Source: a virus
Taxonomy: Duplodnaviria > Caudoviricetes
Direction: 5' to 3' (one strand)
Virus record (IMG/VR): IMGVR_UViG_3300037422_000108
Span: 1 to 25,534 of that record
DNA length: 25,534 nt
Shown: positions 16,698-24,381 of the stretch, piece after piece
Layout: each line of letters opens with the position of its first letter
Position numbering within the stretch: position 1 is the stretch's first letter
The notes under the pieces: model-generated
Told to the model about the DNA's origin: nothing
The model's input: only the letters and a program-made list of their open reading frames with translations
The model's database searches: none
Program-made: the position numbers and the translations under genes

Positions 16698-18383
16698 ATG
16701 CCAGCGACAGCCTCTGACATCAGGGGACTGAGGGCCATAGGAGAGGGCCTAGCCAACATAGGTCAGGCCGGCCTGTCTGTCGGGGCGCAACGCCAGGGGG
16801 TGCAGGCCGAGGCTGAGCGCAGAAGGCAACAGGAAATAGAGAACCGTAGGGCTCTTACCAGGGAAGAACAAGTCCGCGAGTCCATGGAGCGGGAGGCCGA
16901 ACAATTCAGACTCCAGCTGGAGGAAGAAAAGCGGCAGGCTGATGCCGCGCAAATCCAGAGAGCGCAGGCCGAGCAGGCACGGCAGGCAGAGTCCCTGAGG
17001 GAGTTTGACGCCAGACTTGCGGCCATGGCGGTTGAGACAACAGGAAAGCCCATAAGCGACCCACGGACTCAAAAGGAGTTCAACATCCTGGCTCAGAGGT
17101 ATGGCCTTGGGGGGTTGCAGAAAACGATAGGGCGGCTGGACGGGCCAGAACCATTCACAGTCGAGGCCGGGGCCAACATAAAGGGGCTCGTCCCGGCACA
17201 GAGGGTCAGGGCCCCGGGCCAGCTCCTTGATGTGGCGGAGAACCGCCAACTATCAAACGCTTTCAGGATGGTGAGTCAGGAGCCAACGTCAAGCCGGATG
17301 AAAGAATTTGAGGAATTGCTGGTAAACCCAGACGGGACATTGACAGACACGGCACAGAACCTGGACCCAGAGGACCTGCAGAGCTGGATAGGCACACTGG
17401 ATGACCTGCGGAAGGCCAGGAATGCCCCTGCGGTAAAACTGAGGGGGGCCCTAGGGATAGCGCATAGGGTCGCAAAGGAAATGGCAATCGGCGGGACGAT
17501 TGGCTTAGCCACAGGTGGAGCTGGAACCTTGGCAAGACCGATTCTAAGGGGGGCGGGGTCGCTGGCGGGACGGTTTGGCGCACCGACCATAGGCAGTTTG
17601 CTCGCCAGGGCCGGGACACCAGGGGCGCTGGGCAGAGCCGCCTCAAGCATAGGCCAGAGATTCGGGCTAGGCAGGACCGCTGCGGCAGCAGCCGCGGCCC
17701 CTGCCGCGGGCCAAGTTGCCCCAAGAGTAGCGGGTCTGCTACCGGCCCCGAGCCGTCTTGCCTTGGCACAAACAAGGCTGGCTACGCCGAGCGTGGTTGG
17801 GCCATCAGCCGGGTCTGTTATCCCCAATGCACCAAGGGCGCTTCTGCCGGCGTCTGCCTTTGCGGCTGGAACCACGGCAGAGGGGTTTGTGCCGGGGACG
17901 GCGCTTAGGGCTTTGGCTCAAGCACCGGGAACGAGCGGGGCGCTAGCCTCTGGCTTGAGAACACCATCAGCATTGGCCTTGGGTGGAGGTCTGGGGGCGA
18001 TGGCCATGACGCCAGAGACAAGGGCCGCAGACACGGCCCTGGAGCTGACAAGGACGCCACCCGGGACCGCCCTGGACGGGGCATTCAGGCGAGTGCCAGG
18101 GGGACGAGAGGCCATCCTGCCTGACGCCGTGATTATCAATGGTTCTAGGATCCCAATGCCAAGGCTAGAGGGCGCCTCAGAGGGCAAGAGGGCGGCTGTC
18201 CAGGCCATCATCAACGAGATTCAGGTGGACCCGTCAGGGGAAAGAGCCCTAAAGGTCATGGAGCGCATCAGGTCGGACTACGAGAAGCACCCGACCCGGT
18301 GGACGCCACAGGAGTACAACGAGGTAATCAGGACTCTAGGCCAGGTAAGAATGGAGAGGTTACTGGAGCTGGGGTCGAGGTAA
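16698..18383 (+). CDS. Putative ejection/internal virion protein
   Basis: N-terminal 'GLRAIGEGLANIG' amphipathic helix, Q/E/R coiled coil, Gly/Ala-rich hydrophobic middle; position between nozzle and the largest core gene. Confidence 0.65.
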   Translation: MPATASDIRGLRAIGEGLANIGQAGLSVGAQRQGVQAEAERRRQQEIENRRALTREEQVRESMEREAEQFRLQLEEEKRQADAAQIQRAQAEQARQAESLREFDARLAAMAVETTGKPISDPRTQKEFNILAQRYGLGGLQKTIGRLDGPEPFTVEAGANIKGLVPAQRVRAPGQLLDVAENRQLSNAFRMVSQEPTSSRMKEFEELLVNPDGTLTDTAQNLDPEDLQSWIGTLDDLRKARNAPAVKLRGALGIAHRVAKEMAIGGTIGLATGGAGTLARPILRGAGSLAGRFGAPTIGSLLARAGTPGALGRAASSIGQRFGLGRTAAAAAAAPAAGQVAPRVAGLLPAPSRLALAQTRLATPSVVGPSAGSVIPNAPRALLPASAFAAGTTAEGFVPGTALRALAQAPGTSGALASGLRTPSALALGGGLGAMAMTPETRAADTALELTRTPPGTALDGAFRRVPGGREAILPDAVIINGSRIPMPRLEGASEGKRAAVQAIINEIQVDPSGERALKVMERIRSDYEKHPTRWTPQEYNEVIRTLGQVRMERLLELGSR

Positions 18384-18386
18384 GCC

Positions 18387-21344
18387 ATGCCAGACCTGGC
18401 GTCCCTGCCGGGGACTAAGCCAAGATTTTCGCAATCATTCGGTGGGTTCACCGGGTTTGGACAGCATGACGACTTCGGCCTGAGGTCGCAGGAGCCAGGC
18501 CCGGGGTCCCTGGTGCTGGACAAGCGGGACCTGAGGAAGCCAGAGAACGGCTTTTTGGCAGTGCTGGATGCCCTGAACCGGGGCCAATATCTAACCGCTA
18601 ATTCCGCAAGGGCTCTTTTCAACACAGAGGACCTGGACCCGGTGGGGGCTCTATCTGGAAGCCGCAAGAGTTCATTTGAGGACGTGGCAGACGACCTTGG
18701 CTTTACGGGCGTGCCGAAGAAGGCTCTTGGTTTTTTTGGCAACGTCGTGCTGGATGCCGGGAACCTAGTGGGGCTAGGCGCAGCGACAAAGGCCATGAAG
18801 GCGGCGCTGACAGCGCAGAAGTACGGAGTGAAGAATCTAGCCGACCTAGCGGAGTTGGCCAAGGTCAACAAGTCCGTGGCTAACGAGCTGCAGGTTGCCA
18901 TAAACAGCAAGATAGACATTTTCAGGCCCATCGGAAAGACGCTTGAGGCTCAGGGGGAACTGGGCCAGAGGGCTCTGGTTACCGTGGCCGGCCAGCCCGT
19001 CCCATACGTGGACGTGCTTACTAAGCCGGCCATGAAGTTCCTAACCAGGACAGGGCAGAAGTTCAGGGGCACAAACTTCGGAAAATTCACAAGCAAGATA
19101 TTCAGCACAGGGACGGGCGACGAAGCCTTTGACGACCTGACGAGAAGTTCCATGAGGCTGAGGCGGGCGGCAAAGTTGGCGGCCTGGGAGGCCAACGCGC
19201 CATTTATGGAAATGGCCTCAAGGTTCACGCCGGATGACCACAAGATGTTCTCCCATCTTTTACAGGTGAAGGGGCAAAGGGCCAACGAGGAGCTTGTCAG
19301 GTTCCTGACTGGCAAGGGCGTCAGCATTGTGAGGAAGAAGGGAATCCCGATGCGGCTGGGGGCCAACATAATGCAGAGCGTCCCCCTGACTCGGCCGGAG
19401 GCGGAAAAATACATCAAGAGCGCAAGGGAGATGACGGAGTTCCTTCTGCAGAAGGACTTGGCTGAGGGCTTGGACATTCAGGACCTGGGGGATGTAGTGG
19501 AGTACCTGCCTCAGAAGCTTACGGAGAAGGGCCAGGGCCTAGTGGGCAGGGCGATGGGATTCCCTGAGGACATCAGGAAGTGGAACATGAGCCACACCGC
19601 GGCCATGCACAGGCAGTTCAGGGGCATGACCTCAGTTCAGTGGAACGACCTAGCCAAACGCGAAGGGGTACACATAAACGGAAGGCCAACCGGGAAACTT
19701 GACTTTGACCTATTTGAAACAGACGTGCCTTCCTTGCTGGCCCAAAGGTACTACCAGACGACATCGGCCATGGTCAGCAGGTCGTACCTGCGCGAGGCGG
19801 CTGACAATTTTGGACTGCCATTTGAGAAGTCGCCAACGGACTGGGTGAAGGTGGACAACCCTTACCTGGAGGGGTTCGCCTTCCCGCCAGAAAAGGCAGA
19901 GGTCATAGACGAGCTGTTCAACAAAGGCATGGGCGATGAGGACATGAACAACGCCTGGGGGTTTATAAAGGCCGTCAACAGCCTGTGGCGCACAACGACC
20001 CTGGCTCTATTTCCCGCCACCTGGGGTAGGGACCTGCTGAGCAACACGTGGACCTACGGCATCAGCGGACACATGAACAACCCAGGGGCTTTGGCAAAGG
20101 GATTCAAGATTTCAAGCGACATTTTTTTGGACAGGGTTGAGTATGGACGCATAGGCCGCGACCTGTTCAACACGGCGGAATTGAAGGGCTTGGGCAAGGA
20201 CGTGGTCGCAAGGCACATCGACACGCAACAGCCACTGTACTACGGCGGCAGGATTCTAAACGGCGACCACATCGTTGAACTGAGCAAGAAGCTAGGGGTG
20301 ACTGGCAGCGCTTTCGCAGAGCAACTGGAGAGGGCCAAGTTCACAACGGCATACGTGAACGGAAAGGCCAAGAAAGTGCTGAGGGAAGCCAACCCGTTCA
20401 GCCAAAACTTCCTGCCATACAAGGGTGGGATGGCTATTAGGGAGCACGTCGTTGACGACCCCTACCGCCTGGGGATGTTCATTGACGGCCTTGAGCGGGG
20501 CATGGACCCGGAGGCCGCGGCGGCTGAGGTGAGGAAGTGGTACTACGACTGGTTTGACCTGACCAAAGCTGAGCGCAACGTGCTGCGAGAGGTTTTCCCT
20601 TTCTACGCATGGCTGAGAAAAAACCTGCCCCGCCAGCTGGAGATGCTGACGGAAACCCAGAGCATTTTTGGTATGCCGGTAAGGGGGGCGGTAATACCTT
20701 TGAAGGTCAAGCAGTCCGTAGAGCGGGACCAGATGATAAGCGACCCGAGGTTTGTGCCTCAGTGGATCAAGGACGGGACGCCTATTCAGATCAGGCGCGA
20801 CCCGGTCACGGGCAAGACCAGCTACATGATTCTTAATGGCTGGCATCCATCGGCGGACATCGCTAGGATTTTCGACCCAAGGGGACTCTTTGTGGGACAG
20901 CTAAACCCATTCCTGAGGGAAGCCATGTCGCAGGTAGCAAACTTCGACCTGAACTACAAGAGGAAGCTTGAAAGGTTCCCTGGTGAAATGGTTGAGTTCT
21001 TCGGTATGCCGATGCAGGGCCGGGTGACCCACGCCTTGAGAAACATCAGGATTCTGAACGAGGCCGACCGAATGATATTTGGGAAACACCTGCCGCCAGA
21101 GGTAAGGCTAAGGGGTGTCGTGCCAACGTCAGCCAGGTCTGTGGACATCGAGGCCGAGGCTTCCAAGCGCCTAAGGGAAATAGAGCAGGAGCTGGCCTTT
21201 GGGACTGGAGAGTCCAGGAGGGCGATGGCCTTCTACAAGAAGGGTATAAGGCCAGAGGCTTCGATGAAAAACCTTGAGCTTCTTGAGAGGAAGGCCATGG
21301 AGCTGCGAACCGAGCGGGATGCTATTGTGTCGGGGACCAGATGA
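18387..21344 (+). CDS. Large internal virion (ejectosome) protein
   Basis: 985 aa, last of the ejection-type genes; 'GNVVLDAGNLVGLG', 'WRTTTLALFPATWGRDLLSN', 'RLGMFID', 'LTKAERNVLREVFPFYAWLRKNLP.QL' resemble conserved segments of large podoviral core proteins. Confidence 0.7.
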   Translation: MPDLASLPGTKPRFSQSFGGFTGFGQHDDFGLRSQEPGPGSLVLDKRDLRKPENGFLAVLDALNRGQYLTANSARALFNTEDLDPVGALSGSRKSSFEDVADDLGFTGVPKKALGFFGNVVLDAGNLVGLGAATKAMKAALTAQKYGVKNLADLAELAKVNKSVANELQVAINSKIDIFRPIGKTLEAQGELGQRALVTVAGQPVPYVDVLTKPAMKFLTRTGQKFRGTNFGKFTSKIFSTGTGDEAFDDLTRSSMRLRRAAKLAAWEANAPFMEMASRFTPDDHKMFSHLLQVKGQRANEELVRFLTGKGVSIVRKKGIPMRLGANIMQSVPLTRPEAEKYIKSAREMTEFLLQKDLAEGLDIQDLGDVVEYLPQKLTEKGQGLVGRAMGFPEDIRKWNMSHTAAMHRQFRGMTSVQWNDLAKREGVHINGRPTGKLDFDLFETDVPSLLAQRYYQTTSAMVSRSYLREAADNFGLPFEKSPTDWVKVDNPYLEGFAFPPEKAEVIDELFNKGMGDEDMNNAWGFIKAVNSLWRTTTLALFPATWGRDLLSNTWTYGISGHMNNPGALAKGFKISSDIFLDRVEYGRIGRDLFNTAELKGLGKDVVARHIDTQQPLYYGGRILNGDHIVELSKKLGVTGSAFAEQLERAKFTTAYVNGKAKKVLREANPFSQNFLPYKGGMAIREHVVDDPYRLGMFIDGLERGMDPEAAAAEVRKWYYDWFDLTKAERNVLREVFPFYAWLRKNLPRQLEMLTETQSIFGMPVRGAVIPLKVKQSVERDQMISDPRFVPQWIKDGTPIQIRRDPVTGKTSYMILNGWHPSADIARIFDPRGLFVGQLNPFLREAMSQVANFDLNYKRKLERFPGEMVEFFGMPMQGRVTHALRNIRILNEADRMIFGKHLPPEVRLRGVVPTSARSVDIEAEASKRLREIEQELAFGTGESRRAMAFYKKGIRPEASMKNLELLERKAMELRTERDAIVSGTR

Positions 21345-21997
21345 CCACACCGACCCCGGAGGCCACAGACTACAGGAAGAAGGACTGGCTACCATACTTT
21401 GACCCGGTCCTAGTCCTGCCTGACAGGTGCGTATGCCCACCGACCAGGGACACCTTCAATGTTGACGCATGGCTGGCCATCAACGGTGGGACGCTTTACA
21501 AATATAAGGACCAAGCCACAGGCGAAACCGCAGCGCAGAGCATAGAACGCGCAGCGGACTCGGCGGGTGTCAGCAGGAGATTATTGCTGGTGACCCTGCA
21601 GAGGGAACAGAGCCTTGTAAAGACCAAGGCGACTCTTACCCAGTACAAAATGGACAGGGCCTGCGGCCAGGCGGTTTTTGACTCAAGGCCAACGGACTCA
21701 TTGGCGGTGCAGGCGCGCCGAGCTGAGATAACGGCGCGCAACAAGGGATTTAGAAATCAGCTTTTTGGAGCTGCGGTGACCTACGCCAAGAGGTTCAAAG
21801 AGTGGATCCCGGGGACGCCAATCAAGGTGAACTACAGCAACGGCGAGGACCCTATGACGGTGTCAGACGACAGCTGGGAGGTAAGGGTTCCGAACAACGC
21901 TGCGACGTGGGCCCTGCTGAGGTACACGCCGCATGACGTGGCAAGCCGTGTCACCAGAGATATTTGGAGAGGCTTCTTTGGAACAGGAGTGGTTTGA
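21341..21997 (+). CDS. Putative endolysin (lysozyme-like peptidoglycan hydrolase)
   Basis: 'IERAA..GVSRRLLLVTLQREQSLV..ACG..GFRNQL..AA..PNNAATWALLRYTPH' resembles a lysozyme-like family (LLxxLQKEQxL...ATxALYxYTP) with a candidate catalytic Glu; followed by holin- and spanin-like genes. Confidence 0.7.
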   Translation: MTTPTPEATDYRKKDWLPYFDPVLVLPDRCVCPPTRDTFNVDAWLAINGGTLYKYKDQATGETAAQSIERAADSAGVSRRLLLVTLQREQSLVKTKATLTQYKMDRACGQAVFDSRPTDSLAVQARRAEITARNKGFRNQLFGAAVTYAKRFKEWIPGTPIKVNYSNGEDPMTVSDDSWEVRVPNNAATWALLRYTPHDVASRVTRDIWRGFFGTGVV

Positions 21998-22020
21998 GCG
22001 ATTTGGGGTAAAATTATGGT

Positions 22021-22092
22021 CGCGGGAGGCAGGGCTTAGAGTCCGGGGGCGCTCATACCGCTCCGATCCGGGTGCGAGTCCCGGTCCCGCAA
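22021..22092 (+). tRNA. Divergent tRNA-Met(CAT), initiator-like (tRNA-like RNA or pseudo-tRNA)
   Basis: Acceptor C-GCGGGA/TCCCGC-A-A (C1xA72, A73); anticodon arm GGGCG-CTCATAC-CGCTC (CAT at 22054-22056); T arm CCGGG-TGCGAGT-CCCGG; atypical D arm GGGC-TTAGA-GTCC; no encoded CCA. Confidence 0.7.
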
Positions 22093-22113
22093 AACTTACG
22101 AAAGGGGACAACC

Positions 22114-22422
22114 ATGTGGAGTTCAATCGTAGGCGGGGTTGTGAAAGTTGTGGGATTGGTGGGGTCGCTGAGCAAGGACACAAAGGGCAAGGCTGGCGAG
22201 GTTGTTGACCGGCATTTGTCCAAGAAGTTCAGCGCCGCGGCAGGGCTTCTGCTATGGCTGTCTCAGGCGCCTCTGCCTGAGGACATGAAGGCCAAGTACA
22301 TGACGTACTTGGGCGCAGCCTACTTGTTCATGCAGGGGGTGGTTGACGCCGTAGAGAAATTCACCGGGCGAAAGCTGAACCTGCCCAAGATGCCAGGGGC
22401 GACACCAGCCGGACCCGCTTGA
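22114..22422 (+). CDS. Putative holin
   Basis: ATG 22114 after AAGGGG (ORF-track start 22072 would overlap the tRNA). Hydrophobic segments 'SKKFSAAAGLLLWL' and 'MTYLGAAYLFMQGVVDA' fit the SRKF...YxxxQGxxD small holin pattern; lies between endolysin and spanin-like gene. Confidence 0.7.
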   Translation: MWSSIVGGVVKVVGLVGSLSKDTKGKAGEVVDRHLSKKFSAAAGLLLWLSQAPLPEDMKAKYMTYLGAAYLFMQGVVDAVEKFTGRKLNLPKMPGATPAGPA

Positions 22423-22973
22423 ACGAGAAGGACAAGCTTGCGGTTGGTCTAATCCTGGTGGCCCTGCTGGCCGGGGCCGGCCTATTTGGGACTTGGCGCG
22501 GGTGTTCGGCGCTGAAAGAGGCGGAGGACGAGAAGGCCGCGCTGAGGATAGAGGCCGCTACCGCCAACGCCAACAAGCTCAGCGCCGAGAGGAAGTTGAA
22601 ACGGGCTCAGCTCATGTCCGGGCCCACGACCAGGATTGTCGAGGTCGTGCGGGAAGTGGAAAGGCAGGACCCGGGCGACTCAGAGGGGCCAGGCTGGCTA
22701 GGTGAGCAGCAGGAATCCGTGTGGCTTGAAGCCGGACAACCAGCGCCATTCCCGGGCCTGCTGATGCCGAAGGACACAGCCGCAAAGGCCGCTGCGGACA
22801 TGAGCCAGGTTGCCAAGCTGGAAGGTGAGAACGCTGGACTCCTTGGGCAGATGAAGGAGCTGGACAGGAAACGGCTGAGAGCCGAGTCCAAGGCCAGGGG
22901 CTGGAGGATTGGCGGCTTCGCCGTGGGGCTTGTTGGGCTGACGGCGGCGGCTGTAGAGGCTTTGCTGGACTGA
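22419..22973 (+). CDS. Spanin-like protein with N- and C-terminal hydrophobic anchors
   Basis: TTGA overlap with holin; N-terminal TM ending 'TWRGC', coiled coil, 'TTRIVEVVREVE', 'LEAGQPAPFPGLLM', second coiled coil, C-terminal 'WRIGGFAVGLVGLTAAAV'. Confidence 0.6.
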   Translation: MNEKDKLAVGLILVALLAGAGLFGTWRGCSALKEAEDEKAALRIEAATANANKLSAERKLKRAQLMSGPTTRIVEVVREVERQDPGDSEGPGWLGEQQESVWLEAGQPAPFPGLLMPKDTAAKAAADMSQVAKLEGENAGLLGQMKELDRKRLRAESKARGWRIGGFAVGLVGLTAAAVEALLD

Positions 22974-22979
22974 GGGGGG

Positions 22980-23333
22980 GTGAGTTCCACGCTTCACGGA
23001 TACCACAGGCGCATGATGGGAAAGCCCATGAGTCACGACGGCGGCATGGCCAGGGCCATGAGGCAGGTGCAGAGGCAGGCCAGAAGGGCAGGCTTCGACC
23101 CTGGCCCGGGCATGTCCTCAAAGGCCATGCACAACCCAGGCCGTGGGGGGCAGAAGTCAACGAGGTACTGGATTAAGGGAACCATCAAGCATCCGGGGGC
23201 CCTCCACAGGCAGTTGGGTGTGCCGATGGGAAAGAGGATCCCGGCGGGAAAGCTGGCCAGGGCGTCAAAGGCTGGCGGGAAGTTAGGCCGCAGGGCACGG
23301 CTAGCCATGACCCTCAAAGGCTTCCACAGATAA
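22980..23333 (+). CDS. Small highly basic protein (putative DNA-binding/core protein)
   Basis: C-terminal 'WIKGTIKHPGALHRQLGVP.GKRIPAGKLA.A.K.GGKLGRRARLAMTLKGF' is a conserved basic domain I recall from uncultured phages; start codon uncertain (several downstream ATGs). Confidence 0.75.
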   Translation: MSSTLHGYHRRMMGKPMSHDGGMARAMRQVQRQARRAGFDPGPGMSSKAMHNPGRGGQKSTRYWIKGTIKHPGALHRQLGVPMGKRIPAGKLARASKAGGKLGRRARLAMTLKGFHR

Positions 23334-23355
23334 GAACCGCGAGTCGAGGAAGGAA

Positions 23356-23388
23356 AGGGCCCTGCCTAGGCAGGGCCCTGCTGTTTTT
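23356..23388 (+). terminator. Probable intrinsic terminator ending the late operon
   Basis: Perfect 24-bp palindrome AGGGCCCTGCCTAGGCAGGGCCCT (23356-23379) followed by GCTGTTTTT. Confidence 0.7.
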
Positions 23389-23533
23389 GGGGTATCCGGG
23401 TGCTACTACAAGCCTGCACAGACCAGGGCCAGGGCTCCAAGGCGGTGTAGGGGTGGCCTGTTTTGACCCAAGGTAGCCAAAAGCTCAAACTTCTGCAGGG
23501 ATGGGCCTCTAAAATTACCAAGTAAAATTTAGC

Positions 23534-23562
23534 TTGACAGATACCAAGATGGTAATTACCAT
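23534..23562 (+). promoter_or_regulatory. Sigma70-type early promoter overlapped by operator-like repeats
   Basis: TTGACA (23534-23539) - 17 nt - TACCAT (23557-23562); palindrome ATGGTAATTACCAT (23549-23562); AAGGAG SD before ATG 23583. Confidence 0.8.
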
Positions 23563-23582
23563 GTAGGCAGAAAAGGAGAAAC

Positions 23583-23804
23583 ATGGGCGACAGGGTGACC
23601 ACGACAAGAGCGGCGATGGATGAGTTTGGGGTATCCCGCAAGACTCTGTACAACATGACGACCCGCCTTGGGATTATTCCGAGGATTGTCAAGCGAGGCA
23701 GAAAAACGCCGACCAACGGCTACACCGAGGCCATGATGGACCAGCTACGGGCAGACCTAAAGCCAGTAGGAAGGCCAAAGAACAAGGAGGAAGTGAATGC
23801 CTGA
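23583..23804 (+). CDS. HTH DNA-binding protein (MerR/Xis-like)
   Basis: 'TTRAAMDEFGVSRKTLYNM..RLGIIP...YTEAMMDQLR' MerR/excisionase-type HTH; 'GRPK' AT-hook-like tail. Confidence 0.8.
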   Translation: MGDRVTTTRAAMDEFGVSRKTLYNMTTRLGIIPRIVKRGRKTPTNGYTEAMMDQLRADLKPVGRPKNKEEVNA

Positions 23805-24381
23805 GTCCGCACAGGACAGCGCCATAATTCCGATCCCGGTCAAGTCGGACGAAAAGAGTTTTACGGTTGACCTGGGGGCCCTGACTCAATACATCAGGAG
23901 TATGCCTATACCGGCATTCACAAGGTTCTGCGCGGACGTGCTACCAGGCATCGAGAAACTGAGAAAGACCGCCAAGGACGTCGCCATAGAGAGAATGAAG
24001 GCATCAGGCCAGAGGGAACTGCCGGTGCTGACAGACGATGGGGAATTGACGGGCCGGGTCGTGATTACCGAGGCCAAGCGGGACTACGACGTGGACGTGG
24101 ACAGACTGAGGCACGCCGAAGAAATTTTCCACAAGGAAGGGCACACGGACGTAAAACTGGTGTGGACAGAGCAGGTGGAGAAGCACCCGACTGTGGCCCA
24201 GGTCCAGGCCCTGTGCAAGAAGCGTGGCGGCGAGGGAGCCAAGGAAGCCGAGCAAGCTTTTTCGGAGAGGTACTGCCGGTGGAGTCTCAAGGTCGAGGCC
24301 AAGGGCAAGAGCGCAACGGCTGACAAAAAAATTAAGAAGGCAAAAGAGGAGGTAAAGGACATTGGCAACCCCTGGAAGTAA
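23797..24381 (+). CDS. Hypothetical early protein (recombination-module associated)
   Basis: AAGGAGG SD; charged helical protein overlapping both the HTH gene and bet. Confidence 0.8.
   Translation: MPESAQDSAIIPIPVKSDEKSFTVDLGALTQYIRSMPIPAFTRFCADVLPGIEKLRKTAKDVAIERMKASGQRELPVLTDDGELTGRVVITEAKRDYDVDVDRLRHAEEIFHKEGHTDVKLVWTEQVEKHPTVAQVQALCKKRGGEGAKEAEQAFSERYCRWSLKVEAKGKSATADKKIKKAKEEVKDIGNPWK

Noticed and set aside
16698-21344. Tape measure protein, or virion RNA polymerase/toxin domain in the large ORFs
   Set aside because: No tail tube or chaperone genes, no periodic TMP repeats and no recognisable catalytic motifs; ejection proteins fit better.
21994-22014. TTGAGC as -35 for the tRNA promoter
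   Set aside because: Only 9 nt from TAAAAT, incompatible with sigma70 spacing; only the -10-like element is retained as weak evidence.
22493-22705. Nested ORF as embedded o-spanin (Rz1-like)
   Set aside because: No hydrophobic signal or lipobox; the sequence is R/G-rich shadow translation.
23334-23582. Possible mini-CRISPR array in intergenic gaps
   Set aside because: No direct repeats of about 25-40 nt with regular spacers here or in the other gaps; no cas genes.
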